Source of the DNA: Limisphaerales bacterium
GTDB lineage: Bacteria > Verrucomicrobiota > Verrucomicrobiia > Limisphaerales > UBA11358
Assembly (NCBI GenBank): GCA_052145735.1
Contig: JBKQOA010000143.1
Span: 21,916-85,915 of the forward strand
DNA: 64,000 nucleotides
Direction of reading: 5' to 3'
Shown here: piece after piece, positions 45,828 to 55,796 of the stretch
Layout: each line of letters begins with the position of its first letter
Position numbering within the stretch: position 1 is the first letter of the stretch
Position numbers and translations under genes: made by a program
The notes under the pieces: generated by a model
Databases searched by the model: none
What the model saw: the letters and a program-made list of their open reading frames with translations, nothing else
Told to the model about the DNA's origin: nothing

Positions 45828-45855
45828 ATTCCGCATTCCGCATTCCGCATTCCGC
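45828..45855. repeat. Tandem heptamer ATTCCGC x4 between the adaptor and pump genes
   Basis: Read directly: attccgc attccgc attccgc attccgc. Confidence 0.9.
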
Positions 45856-45867
45856 AATTACTGACCT

Positions 45868-48800
45868 ATGGCCAGATTCTTCATCAACCGCCCCATTGTG
45901 GCGATGGTCATCTCCATTCTCATGGTGCTCATGGGCGTGGTCGCAATGTCCCGCCTGCCGGTCGCCCAGTTTCCCAACATCGCCGACCCGCAAATCCAGG
46001 TGAACGCCTCGTATCCGGGCGCGGATGCCCTCACCGTCCAGCAATCCGTGGCCGTGCCCATCGAGCAGCAGATGTCCGGCGTGGACAACATGGAATACAT
46101 GTATTCGCTCAATGCCAACAACGGCTCGATGAAGCTCACCGTGGACTTCGACGTCAAGACCGATCCGAACACCGACCAGATTCTCGCGCAGATGCGGCAG
46201 GGGCAGGCCAATTCACAGTTGCCGGGCGCGGTCATCAATCAGGGCGTGACGGTTCAAAAGTCCACCTCTTCGCCGCTCATCATGTTCGCGCTCTACTCGC
46301 CGAACAAGACCTACGACAGCATCTTCCTGGCGAACTACTCCTACATCAACATCAACGACGCGATGACGCGGGTGAAGGGCATCGCGAGCGTCTCGGTGTT
46401 CGGCGCCGGCCAGTATGCCATCCGGCTCTGGGTGCGGCCCGACCGCCTCGCGCAAATGGGCATCACCGTGCCGGAGATCATCAATGCCATCCAGCAGCAG
46501 AACACCGTCAATCCCGCCGGCAAGATCGGCGGCGAACCGGTGCCGAAGGGGCAGGAATTCACCTACGCCGTCCGCGCCCAGGGCCGCCTGGAAACCGCCG
46601 AACAATTCGGGGACATCGTCCTGCGCGCGGCGCCGGGCGGCGCGATCGTGCGCGTGAAGGACGTGGCGCGGGTCGAACTCGGCTCGCAGAATTACGACAT
46701 GATGGCGCGGCTCAATGGCGGACCGTGCGCGCTCATCGCCCTCTACCAGTTGCCCGGTTCCAACGCCATTGACGCCGCCAACGGAGCGAAGCAGCTCATG
46801 GCGAGACTGAAGGAAAGCTTCCCACCCGGCCTCGACTACGTCGTCGCGCTCGACACGACGCTCGCCGTAACGGAAGGCATGAAGGAAATCGAGCACACCC
46901 TCATTGAAGCCATTGTGCTCGTGCTCATCGTGGTGTTCATCTTCCTGCAAGGCTGGCGGGCGACGCTCATCCCGCTGCTCGCCGTGCCGGTGTCACTGGT
47001 CGGCACCTTTGCGCTGTTCCCGCTGTTCGGCTTCTCCATCAACACGCTCTCGCTCTTCGGCCTCGTGCTCGCCATCGGCCTGGTGGTGGACGATGCCATC
47101 GTGGTGGTTGAGATCGTGGAACACCACATTGAGCACGGATTGTCGCCCAAGGAAGCGGCGCTGAAGGGAATGGAAGAAGTAACCGGCCCGGTCATCGCCA
47201 TCGCCATCATCCTGGCGGCGGTGTTCATCCCGACAGCGTTCATACCCGGCATCACCGGCCGCTTGTATCAGCAGTTCGCGGTGACCATTGCGGTATCGGT
47301 GATCATCTCGGCGTTCAACGCGCTCACGCTTTCGCCGGCGCTGTCGGCCCTGTTGCTGCGGCCCAAGAAAAAGAGCGGCGGCTGGTTGCAGAAATTCTTC
47401 GACTGGTTCAACGAATGGTTTGGCCGGGCAACCGATGGCTACGTCGGCGTCTGCCGGTTTCTCGTCCACAAGAGTGCCGTGGCGATGCTGCTGGTGGCGG
47501 GAATAATGGTGCTGGCCGGCGTGCTGGGCAAATCCGTCGCGACCAGCTTCCTGCCGGATGAAGACCAGGGCTACGTTTTCGCCGGCATCCAGCTCCCCAA
47601 CACGGCGTCGCTGCAACGCAACGACGAGTTGTGCAAACAGGTTGAGGAAATTCTCAAGAACACACCGGGCGTGAAGTATTATTCGACGGTCGTCGGCTAC
47701 AGCATGTTGAGCGGCGTCAACAACACGTACAGCAGTTTCTTCTTCATCAGCTTTGAGGAATGGTCCAAACGCAAGAAACCTGAGGAAAAATATCAGGCCA
47801 TCATGGCGCATCTGAACCGCGAACTGGGCAAAATTCCCGGCGCGATCGGTTTTGCCTTTCCGCCGCCGGCGATTCCTGGTGTGGGCACCTCGGGTGGCGT
47901 TACGTTCGTGCTGGAGGACCGCTCCGGCAAGGGCATCCCCTTTCTGGCGGAGAACCTGCAAAAGTTCATGGCCGCGGCCCGGAACCGCCCGGAACTGGCG
48001 AGCGTGTTCACCACCGCCCTGCCTTCCGTGCCGCAGGTGTTCGTGGACGTCAATCGCGACCAGGTGCTCAGCCAGGGCGTGAAGTTGCAGGACGTTTACC
48101 AGACGATGCAGTGCTTCATGGGCGGCGCGTTTGTGAATTTCTTCAACCGGTTTGGCCGGCAATGGCAGGTGTACGTGCAATCCGAAGGCGATTACCGGAC
48201 GCAGGCCCAAAACCTCGGCCAGTTCTACGTGCTCAACAGCAATACAAACATGGTTCCGCTGGCGGCCTTGACGGACGTGCGGGCGACCACCGGGCCGGAG
48301 TTCACGATGCGCTACAACCTTTACCAGAGCGCGCAAATCAACGCCTCGGCCCGGCCCGGTTTCAGCTCGGCCCAGGCCATGCAGGCGATGGAGGAGGTCT
48401 TCAAGGAAACCATGCCTCCTGAAATGGGGTTCGATTATCTGGGCATGAGTTTTCAGGAAAACAAGGCGGCGCAGGGCGTGTCGCCGATGGTCATCTTTGG
48501 CTTCTCGCTGCTGTGCGTGTTTCTGATCCTGGCCGCGCAATACGAGAGCTGGAGACTGCCCTTCAGCGTGCTGCTCGGCACGCCCATCGCCGTGTTCGGC
48601 GCGTTTGCCGGCCTGATGATCGGCCGCTTCGAGAACAACGTCTATGCCCAGATCGGTCTCGTCATGCTCATCGGCCTCGCGGCCAAGAACGCCATTCTCA
48701 TCGTCGAGTTTGCCAAGATGGGCTACGAGCAGGGCAAGCCGCTTATTGATGCCACGCTCGAAGGCGCCAAGCTCCGCCTGCGGCCGATTCTGATGACCAG

Positions 48801-49035
48801 CTTCGCCTTCATCCTCGGCTGTGTGCCGCTGGCCAAGGCGAGCGGCGCCGGCGCCCTGTCGCGGCAGGTCATGGGCTTCGCCGTCATCGGCGGCATGAGC
48901 GCCGCCAGTTTCATCGCCATTTTCTTCATCCCGGTGATGTTTTATGTGGTCGAGAAACTGGGGGCTGGAAAGCATGAATCGGCAAAGCCCGTCGAAGCCG
49001 CGGCGACGAAACCGGCGCAAGGCTCCGGTCACTGA
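45868..49035 (+). CDS. RND multidrug efflux pump (AcrB/MexB-like, HAE1)
   Basis: 1055 aa, starts MARFFINRPIVAMVISIL, has 12 TM helices and two large periplasmic loops. Confidence 0.95.
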   Translation: MARFFINRPIVAMVISILMVLMGVVAMSRLPVAQFPNIADPQIQVNASYPGADALTVQQSVAVPIEQQMSGVDNMEYMYSLNANNGSMKLTVDFDVKTDPNTDQILAQMRQGQANSQLPGAVINQGVTVQKSTSSPLIMFALYSPNKTYDSIFLANYSYININDAMTRVKGIASVSVFGAGQYAIRLWVRPDRLAQMGITVPEIINAIQQQNTVNPAGKIGGEPVPKGQEFTYAVRAQGRLETAEQFGDIVLRAAPGGAIVRVKDVARVELGSQNYDMMARLNGGPCALIALYQLPGSNAIDAANGAKQLMARLKESFPPGLDYVVALDTTLAVTEGMKEIEHTLIEAIVLVLIVVFIFLQGWRATLIPLLAVPVSLVGTFALFPLFGFSINTLSLFGLVLAIGLVVDDAIVVVEIVEHHIEHGLSPKEAALKGMEEVTGPVIAIAIILAAVFIPTAFIPGITGRLYQQFAVTIAVSVIISAFNALTLSPALSALLLRPKKKSGGWLQKFFDWFNEWFGRATDGYVGVCRFLVHKSAVAMLLVAGIMVLAGVLGKSVATSFLPDEDQGYVFAGIQLPNTASLQRNDELCKQVEEILKNTPGVKYYSTVVGYSMLSGVNNTYSSFFFISFEEWSKRKKPEEKYQAIMAHLNRELGKIPGAIGFAFPPPAIPGVGTSGGVTFVLEDRSGKGIPFLAENLQKFMAAARNRPELASVFTTALPSVPQVFVDVNRDQVLSQGVKLQDVYQTMQCFMGGAFVNFFNRFGRQWQVYVQSEGDYRTQAQNLGQFYVLNSNTNMVPLAALTDVRATTGPEFTMRYNLYQSAQINASARPGFSSAQAMQAMEEVFKETMPPEMGFDYLGMSFQENKAAQGVSPMVIFGFSLLCVFLILAAQYESWRLPFSVLLGTPIAVFGAFAGLMIGRFENNVYAQIGLVMLIGLAAKNAILIVEFAKMGYEQGKPLIDATLEGAKLRLRPILMTSFAFILGCVPLAKASGAGALSRQVMGFAVIGGMSAASFIAIFFIPVMFYVVEKLGAGKHESAKPVEAAATKPAQGSGH

Positions 49036-49138
49036 GCTTATGAGCAAGCCAGCCACCAAGGAAAACTTCGTCCAGCGGCACCTCGATCCCGCGAGCCGGC
49101 TGGGGGAGGTCCTGTTCGGCGGTTGAACCCATTGTGCT

Positions 49139-50041
49139 ATGAAAACAAAAGAAATCATCAAAAAAGCCCGCAAGTTTGCGAAACCCTTCCGGGTCACCGA
49201 CGGCAAAAAATTCCGGCTCAAGGACTTTGACCCCGGCGAATTGCTCGGGTTCACCACCGAGGACAAGCCGCGAGCCAAGGAGGCGCTCGCCATGGGCGTT
49301 CAGGCGCTCGCCGAATTGCAGGAAAAGCTGTACGCGGACGACCAATGGGCGTTGCTGCTCATTTTTCAGGCCATGGACGCCGCCGGCAAGGACGGCGCCA
49401 TCAAGCACGTCATGTCCGGCGTCAATCCGCAGGGTTGCCAGGTCTTCTCCTTCAAGACCCCTTCCGCCGAGGAGCTCGACCACGACTATCTCTGGCGTTG
49501 CATGAAAGTCCTGCCCAATCGCGGCCACATCGGCATCTTCAACCGCAGTTACTACGAAGACACTCTCGTGGTGCGTGTCCATCCCGAGTTGCTGAAAAAG
49601 CAGAAGGTCCCGCCGGAACTAATCACCAAGAACATCTGGCAGGAACGCTTTGAAGACATCCGCACCTTCGAGCGGTATCTGGCGCGCAACGGCGTGCTGG
49701 TGCGGAAATTTTTCCTGCACGTCTCCAAGAAAGAGCAGAAACGGCGGTTCCTCGAACGCATTGAGAACCCGCAGAAGAACTGGAAGTTCTCCGCCGCCGA
49801 CATGAAAGAACGCGGATACTGGGATGAATATCAGGCGGCCTACGAAGACATGATCCGGCACACGGCCACCGAAGAGGCGCCCTGGTACGTGGTGCCCGCA
49901 GACAACAAATGGTTCACCCGGGCCATGGTGGCCGCGGCGGTCATCGAGACCCTCGCCTCCCTCGATTTGGAATATCCCCAGGTCGGTGCGGACAAACTCA
50001 AGGAACTGGCGGCAGCAAAGGTGGCCTTGCTGAAAAAATAG
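49139..50041 (+). CDS. ppk2: Polyphosphate kinase 2 family protein
   Basis: FQAMDAAGKDGAIKHV (Walker A-like), HDYLWR and IFNRSYYEDTLVVRVH motifs. Confidence 0.85.
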   Translation: MKTKEIIKKARKFAKPFRVTDGKKFRLKDFDPGELLGFTTEDKPRAKEALAMGVQALAELQEKLYADDQWALLLIFQAMDAAGKDGAIKHVMSGVNPQGCQVFSFKTPSAEELDHDYLWRCMKVLPNRGHIGIFNRSYYEDTLVVRVHPELLKKQKVPPELITKNIWQERFEDIRTFERYLARNGVLVRKFFLHVSKKEQKRRFLERIENPQKNWKFSAADMKERGYWDEYQAAYEDMIRHTATEEAPWYVVPADNKWFTRAMVAAAVIETLASLDLEYPQVGADKLKELAAAKVALLKK

Positions 50042-50051
50042 CACTGCAATC

Positions 50052-51476
50052 ATGAAATTCAGGTTTAAAGTTTTTTTTCTGCTGGCCGTTGTATTGGTAT
50101 TGGTCGGCGGCTGCGCCGTGGGGCCGAACTACAAGCGGCCGGCCGTGAACACGCCGGAGAACTTCCGGTTCGCGGAAAGCCAGGGCACCAACTCGCTCGG
50201 GGACCTGCCCTGGTGGGAGGTGTTCAAGGACCCCATGCTTCAGCAACTGGTCCGCACCGCGCTTACCAACAACTACGACCTCAAACAGGCCGTGGCGCGG
50301 GTGGAGCAGTATCGCAACCTGGCCATCGCCGCCCGCAGCGCCTTCTTCCCGCAAATCGGTTACGGCGGCAATATCGGGCGGGGCCGCAATGCGCTTTACA
50401 ACACGCCGACGACCACCGGCGGCGCCACGGACAGTTCCGCCATGCTTAGCCTCAACGCGTTCTGGGAAATTGATTTCTGGGGTCGCATCCGGCGTATGAG
50501 CCAGGCTGCCCAGGCCCAATACCTCGCCACCGACGAAGCCCGCCGCGGGGTCACCATCACCCTGATGAGCGACGTGGCCACCGCCTATTTCCAGCTGCTG
50601 GACCTGGACCGGGAACTGGAGATTCAACGCGCGGCGACCAATGCTTACGCCGGCAGTTATCAAATCTTCAATGACCGCCTGGTCAACGGGGTCGCCTCCA
50701 AACTGGAGACCGACCGCGCCGCCGCCGCGCTGGCCAATGCCGCCGCCCTCATCCCGCAACTTGAACTTCAAATCGCCACCACGGAGAATCAGTTGAATGT
50801 CCTGCTCGCCCGCAGCCCGGGACCGGTGCCGCGCAGTTCGCTGTCCGAACAATCACCACTGGCGCCGGAAATACCGGCGGGATTGCCCAGCGCCCTGCTC
50901 CGCCGCCGGCCGGACGTCCTCCAATCCGAGCAATTGCTCGTCGCCGCCAACGCCAACATCGGCGTCAGCATTGCCAATTTCTTTCCGCAGATCGGGCTGA
51001 CCACCTTTCTGGGCCGGGCCAGCCCGGAATTGTCCTCCTTCACCGGCGGCGCGGGGAACCTGTGGAACGTCGGCGGCACGATGACCGGTCCGCTGTTTCA
51101 GGGCGGGCAGTTGCGCGCCCAATACCGCGTTTCGAAGGCGCAATTCCAGGAGGCGGCCGCCGCCTACCAGCAGACGGTGTTGACGGCCTTCGAGGATGTA
51201 TCCGACGCGCTCATCACCCGGCAGAAACTCGCCGAGGAAAATGTCTTCGACGGCCAGGCCGTGGTGGCGCTCACATCCTCTGTCGAGCTGGCCACACAGC
51301 GTTATCTCAACGGCAAATCCAGTTACTTTGAAGTGCTGCAGGCCCAGCAGGAACTTTACCCCGCCCAGCGCGCCCAGGTCCAGGCGCAGGCCGGCGAACT
51401 GATTGCGGTCGTCCAGCTTTACAAGGCGCTGGGCGGAGGCTGGCAGAATACCAACAACACGGTTAAGAAAAAATAA
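50052..51476 (+). CDS. RND efflux outer-membrane factor lipoprotein (NodT family)
   Basis: Lipobox LVGGCAVGPNYKRP, two OEP repeats, and ends LYKALGGGW. Confidence 0.9.
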   Translation: MKFRFKVFFLLAVVLVLVGGCAVGPNYKRPAVNTPENFRFAESQGTNSLGDLPWWEVFKDPMLQQLVRTALTNNYDLKQAVARVEQYRNLAIAARSAFFPQIGYGGNIGRGRNALYNTPTTTGGATDSSAMLSLNAFWEIDFWGRIRRMSQAAQAQYLATDEARRGVTITLMSDVATAYFQLLDLDRELEIQRAATNAYAGSYQIFNDRLVNGVASKLETDRAAAALANAAALIPQLELQIATTENQLNVLLARSPGPVPRSSLSEQSPLAPEIPAGLPSALLRRRPDVLQSEQLLVAANANIGVSIANFFPQIGLTTFLGRASPELSSFTGGAGNLWNVGGTMTGPLFQGGQLRAQYRVSKAQFQEAAAAYQQTVLTAFEDVSDALITRQKLAEENVFDGQAVVALTSSVELATQRYLNGKSSYFEVLQAQQELYPAQRAQVQAQAGELIAVVQLYKALGGGWQNTNNTVKKK

Positions 51477-51502
51477 CCGGGCGGCTGGCCAACCGGCCTG
51501 CC

Positions 51503-53056
51503 ATGGCGAATAAATCCAAACTCAACCATGAACTCTGGCGCGCGGTTATGATCCCACGTTCGGTCTGCATTGACCGGCCGACTTGGATTGGGATCCTGGC
51601 GCTTGCGTTGTGGGCAGGCGTGACGGCGAGCCCGGCGGCTGCGACTGTCGAATCCAACGCTCCGCCCGGCGACATGCTGCTGCTCGACAGCCTGGGGCGC
51701 GCGGTGGCGGTGCCGACGAATGAAGTGCCTTCGGCATTGCGGCCCGGCGCGGGCATGAAGATGGAGCACCAGATACCCAATCCAACCGCGGGTTCAAGCA
51801 TGCCGCGAGAAATTCAGCAGCGAGCAAGCGAGGGCACGGCAGGATCCCGGTTTTTTCCTGACCGACCGCCACCGCTCATGCCCTACCTCGCGAGCCAGGA
51901 CGATTACGGCAACACGGCCATCCGCCCTGGCGCGCTTGTTTATCCATTTGTCCCGCTGGAAGGACCGGTGCAAGGCATAAAATACCGGCTTTCGGAATAC
52001 GGCTTCCGCTATTCGCTGGAACAGACGCTCACCTTCGTCAGCATGACCGACGTGAAAAAAGGAGACAACGATCTGGGATATTACACCTTCGATTTCAAGT
52101 CGAAGTGGGCACTCTTCAATGCGCCCGATGCCGGCACCGCCGGCTGGATCAGTTCCCAGATCGAGGCCAAGAACGGCCTCGAGTCCGCCGGCAACACACA
52201 GTCCGCCAAATCCAATCTCGGCACCGTGACCGATCCCACCGGCATCTGGTCGGACGTGAATGGCTTCCGCGTGCCGGAACTGGCCTGGCAACAGTCCGCG
52301 CGCCATGGCGAAATCGTCCTGATCGCGGGCATGGTCAGCCAGCGCAATTACATTGACGGCAACGCCTATGCCGACAGCGGTCGCAGCAAGTTCATGAATT
52401 CCGCCCTGATCCATTCGCAGGTGCTGCCCCTGGCGCAGTACAACTTCGGGCTCAACCTTCAATGGCAGCCGGTGGACGAATGGTACGCCATGGCCGGCGC
52501 CTCCATGGGCGACTCCCAGGCCGGCAACGCACCGTGGACGGATTACAGCAGTGACAACTGGTCGTTGCCCGGGGAGATCGGCTATGCGCCGCGGGACCTT
52601 TTCGACCTGGGACCCGGCGTTTACCGCCTCCAGCCGTTTGCGGCCGAGGTGGATGGCGCCACCGGCGGCGGACTGTGTTTCGACCTCCAGCAGCAACTGG
52701 GTTCAGATTCACCGTATGGCTGGTTCGGGCGCTTTGGCTTCGGCGGCAAGAAGGTGTCCGACGGCGCATCCGCCCAGGCGGGCACCGGGTTCGTGGTGCA
52801 GGAACCCTTCAAGCATGTGCTGTTGCAACGGACGAGCAACGATCTGCTCGGTACTGGATTCGTCTGGAGCCAGCCTTCGTCCACGACCAAGACGGTGTAC
52901 CACGAGAACGAATACGTTTGGGAGACGGTGTATGCCCTGCAACTGACCCCCACGATCAAAATCCAGCCCGACTTCCAACTGATCTGGGACCCGGCCTTCC
53001 ACCGGGACACCGACCACGCGATGGTCTTTCAACTCCAGCTGGCGATGGCCTGGTGA
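51503..53056 (+). CDS. Carbohydrate-selective porin, OprB-like
   Basis: C-terminal ..IKIQPDFQLIWDPAFHRDTDHAMVFQLQLAMAW resembles the OprB family terminus. Strand-rich. The start is uncertain. Confidence 0.5.
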   Translation: MANKSKLNHELWRAVMIPRSVCIDRPTWIGILALALWAGVTASPAAATVESNAPPGDMLLLDSLGRAVAVPTNEVPSALRPGAGMKMEHQIPNPTAGSSMPREIQQRASEGTAGSRFFPDRPPPLMPYLASQDDYGNTAIRPGALVYPFVPLEGPVQGIKYRLSEYGFRYSLEQTLTFVSMTDVKKGDNDLGYYTFDFKSKWALFNAPDAGTAGWISSQIEAKNGLESAGNTQSAKSNLGTVTDPTGIWSDVNGFRVPELAWQQSARHGEIVLIAGMVSQRNYIDGNAYADSGRSKFMNSALIHSQVLPLAQYNFGLNLQWQPVDEWYAMAGASMGDSQAGNAPWTDYSSDNWSLPGEIGYAPRDLFDLGPGVYRLQPFAAEVDGATGGGLCFDLQQQLGSDSPYGWFGRFGFGGKKVSDGASAQAGTGFVVQEPFKHVLLQRTSNDLLGTGFVWSQPSSTTKTVYHENEYVWETVYALQLTPTIKIQPDFQLIWDPAFHRDTDHAMVFQLQLAMAW

Positions 53057-53076
53057 GATGGCTGATCTTGAAGCCG

Positions 53077-53137
53077 TGGTCAGTAATCGGTTGCCAGTAG
53101 TCCGTGTTCACAGAATGCCGATTACGGGTCACCATCA
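53077..53137. repeat. CAGT-rich element pair
   Basis: gtcagtaatcggttgccagtag and gttcacagaatgccgattacgggtcacc. Same context as 33243..33348. Confidence 0.5.
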
Positions 53138-53140
53138 CCT

Positions 53141-53158
53141 ATTGGCCCAAAGTCCAAT
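53141..53158. promoter_or_regulatory. Palindrome ATTGG-N8-CCAAT (copy 2)
   Basis: attggcccaaagtccaat differs by one substitution from 33354..33371. Both copies are followed by AGCC and a CCGG-containing stem. Confidence 0.45.
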
Positions 53159-53293
53159 AGCCCGGAGTGGTGCCCGGTTCAAACTTGAGTGATTGTTCTC
53201 GGAACGTCAAATGAGTAGCATTGTTGACGACGAAGGGTGTGTTCGGATCAAGTCACTGAAATCGGGTGGCATGCCTGTCGGGTTTGTAAATCA

Positions 53294-54241
53294 ATGAAAA
53301 CAAAAACGAAACTTGGCTTCATCGTCTTCACGCTGATGTCCTTTACGGTCTTCGCCGAGGAGGGCGGCTCCGGTCATTACATGCCCGGCTCAATGTCTTC
53401 CTTTGTGGATGGTGTGCCGGCCAGGGAGACCTTCATCGTCCGCTACAACCTGCTGTATTACAACGGCTCGGTTGGCGGAAGCGTGCCGCTGCCCATCGGC
53501 GGACGGACAACGCTGGGCGCGTCGGCGACGATTTGGGGGCACGGCCTGACCTGCTTGTGGCGTCCGCCGCTGGATTGGGGCGACCGGTGGAGTTACGCCC
53601 TGAGCGCCACGGTGCCGTTCCTGTGGGCGGATGTGAGCGCCAACGTGACGTCCGGCCCGCTCACGGGACACCGTTCCAGCAGCGTCAATGGCCTGGGCGA
53701 CATCGTCCTGATGCCGCTCATGCTCAACTACAACGTCAACTCCAACCTGAATGCAAACTTCCGCGTGGGCATCTACGCGCCCACCGGCGATTATGAGGTC
53801 GGCCGGCTGGCCAACACCGGCAAGAATTTCTGGACCTTCGAGCCGACGCTGGGGCTGATGTATTTTGGCGTGAATAATGGCCGGGAAGCCTCGGTGTTCC
53901 TGGGGGCTGATTTCAACACCGAGAACCCGGACACCCATTACCAGAGTGGGGATCAATTTCATTTGGACGGCACGTTGGCCCAGCATTTCCCGCTGGCCGG
54001 CGGTCTGGCCGGTGTGGGCGTGAACGGATTCTGGTATGACCAGATCACCGGCGACAGCGGTTCAGGCGCAAATTTCGGCGATTTCGAGGCGCGCACGACC
54101 GGTGTGGGTCCCGTGGGCTCTTATGTGTTCAAGATCGGCAAGGTGGACATGATCGCCGAGCTGAAGTGGCTGTACGAGCTGGACACGACCAAGCGGCTTG
54201 AAGGCGACATCGTCTGGTTCAAGCTCGTCGCCAAATTCTAA
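53294..54241 (+). CDS. Outer-membrane beta-barrel protein (MetA-pathway/phenol-degradation-like)
   Basis: Signal peptide ending VFAEE, GSGHYMPGS start of the mature protein, and ends ..WFKLVAKF. Confidence 0.6.
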   Translation: MKTKTKLGFIVFTLMSFTVFAEEGGSGHYMPGSMSSFVDGVPARETFIVRYNLLYYNGSVGGSVPLPIGGRTTLGASATIWGHGLTCLWRPPLDWGDRWSYALSATVPFLWADVSANVTSGPLTGHRSSSVNGLGDIVLMPLMLNYNVNSNLNANFRVGIYAPTGDYEVGRLANTGKNFWTFEPTLGLMYFGVNNGREASVFLGADFNTENPDTHYQSGDQFHLDGTLAQHFPLAGGLAGVGVNGFWYDQITGDSGSGANFGDFEARTTGVGPVGSYVFKIGKVDMIAELKWLYELDTTKRLEGDIVWFKLVAKF

Positions 54242-54277
54242 ACACGATCAGTATCCTGGAATGAAATTAAAACCATT

Positions 54278-55752
54278 ATGAAAACCAAAGACGCACTCCT
54301 AACCGCCCTGTGCAGCGCTCTCGCGCTGACTTCCGTCCGCGCGGCGGACAAACCCAACATCGTCTTCATCATGGCCGACGACCTTGGCAATGCCGACGTC
54401 GGCTACCATGGCGCCAGGTCAAAACGCCGGACATTGACAAGCTCGCCACCGAAGGCGTTCGCCTGGAATCGTTCTATGGCATGCCCGTCTGCACTCCGTC
54501 CCGCGCGTCGCTGATGACGGGCCGTTATGCGATGCGTTACGGCCTGCAGACGCTGGTGATTTTTCCGAGCCACACCTACGGCTTAGCCACCGATGAGCGG
54601 ACCCTGCCGCAGGCGTTGAAGGACGCCGGCTACCAGACCTACATGGTGGGCAAATGGCACCTCGGTCATGCCGACAAAAAATATTGGCCGCAGAATCGCG
54701 GCTTCGATTACTTCTACGGCAACATCGTGGGCGAAGTGGACTATTTCACCCGCGAGCGCGGCGGGGTGATTGACTGGCAGCGCAACGGCAAGTTCCTCAA
54801 GGAGGAGGGTTACTACTCCACGCTGATTGGTGACGATGCCGTCAAGCTGATCGGGCAACAGGATCCGTCCAAACCGTTCTTCCTCTACTTCGCCTCGCTT
54901 GCACCGCACGCGCCGTATCAGGCACCCGAGGAATATCTCAACCGCTATGCGGACATCCCGGACAAGCAGCGGCGCGAATATTGCGCCATGATCTCCTGCC
55001 TGGACGACCAGGTGGGACGCGTCGTCGCTGCCCTCGACAAGAAGGGCATTCGCGATAACACCATTATTTTATTCGCCAGCGACAACGGCGGAGCGACCAG
55101 CGGCCTGTTTGCCGAGGGCGCCAAGAGCAAAGAAGAGCGGGCAAATCAGGAAGGCGGCATCGCTATGAACGCGAAGGCGCCCGCCAACAATGCTCCATTC
55201 CGCGGCGGCAAAGGCAGCTTGTATGAAGGCGGCGTGCGTGTCCCGGCCTTTGTCAACTGGCCGGCCAAGCTAAAACCCGCCGTCGTCAGTGAACCGGTGC
55301 ACATGGTGGACATCATGCCCACGCTGCTCGCCCTCGCCGGCGGCACCGGAAGCCCAGATCATCCCTTCGACGGCAAGGACATCTGGCCCGTGCTGGCGGA
55401 TGGCAAACCCTCGCCGCACGAGGACATCCTCATCAACGTCGAGGCGTTTCGCGGCGCCGTGCGCAAAGGTGACTGGAAACTTGTCAAAATCGCCCTGCTC
55501 CCCGGCAAGACCGAGCTATTCGATCTAGCCAAGGATCCCGGAGAAACGACCAATGTTGCCGACCAACACACGGACATCGTTGCCGATCTGGAGGCGCGCC
55601 TGCTGGCTTATGCCAAACAGCAAAAGCCGAGCTTGTGGATCAAGGCGCAGCCCGAGTTTGTCGGCGAACAGGGCAAGACCATCTTTGATCCGGATTTCGA
55701 CATTGATGACGGCGGCCTGCCGCATGAGAAGACGGACCTTCCGGCAAAGTAA
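54278..55752 (+). pseudogene. Arylsulfatase (Cys-type) disrupted by a 1-nt deletion near 54413
   Basis: Frame 1 reads MKTKDALL..PNIVFIMADDLGNADVGYHG. The protein continues in another frame as QVKTPDIDKLATEGVRLESFYGMPVCTPSRASLMTGRY. Only 2 nt (gc) sit where one codon is expected. Confidence 0.75.
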
Positions 55753-55796
55753 ATCCAAGGACGACACGCAGCGACTTGCGCAAACCATCCAATCCT

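Noticed and set aside
46993-49293. Very long antisense ORFs: 766 aa here, plus 1077..2387, 5379..6881, 23605..25086, 25644..26879, 33817..35292 and 40298..41356 on the minus strand
   Set aside because: They lie opposite genes with unambiguous family motifs (RND pump, anSME, sulfatases, antiporter, PqiA). Their composition is Arg/Gly/Ala/His-rich and junk-like with no recognisable motifs. They are typical shadow ORFs of high-G+C DNA.
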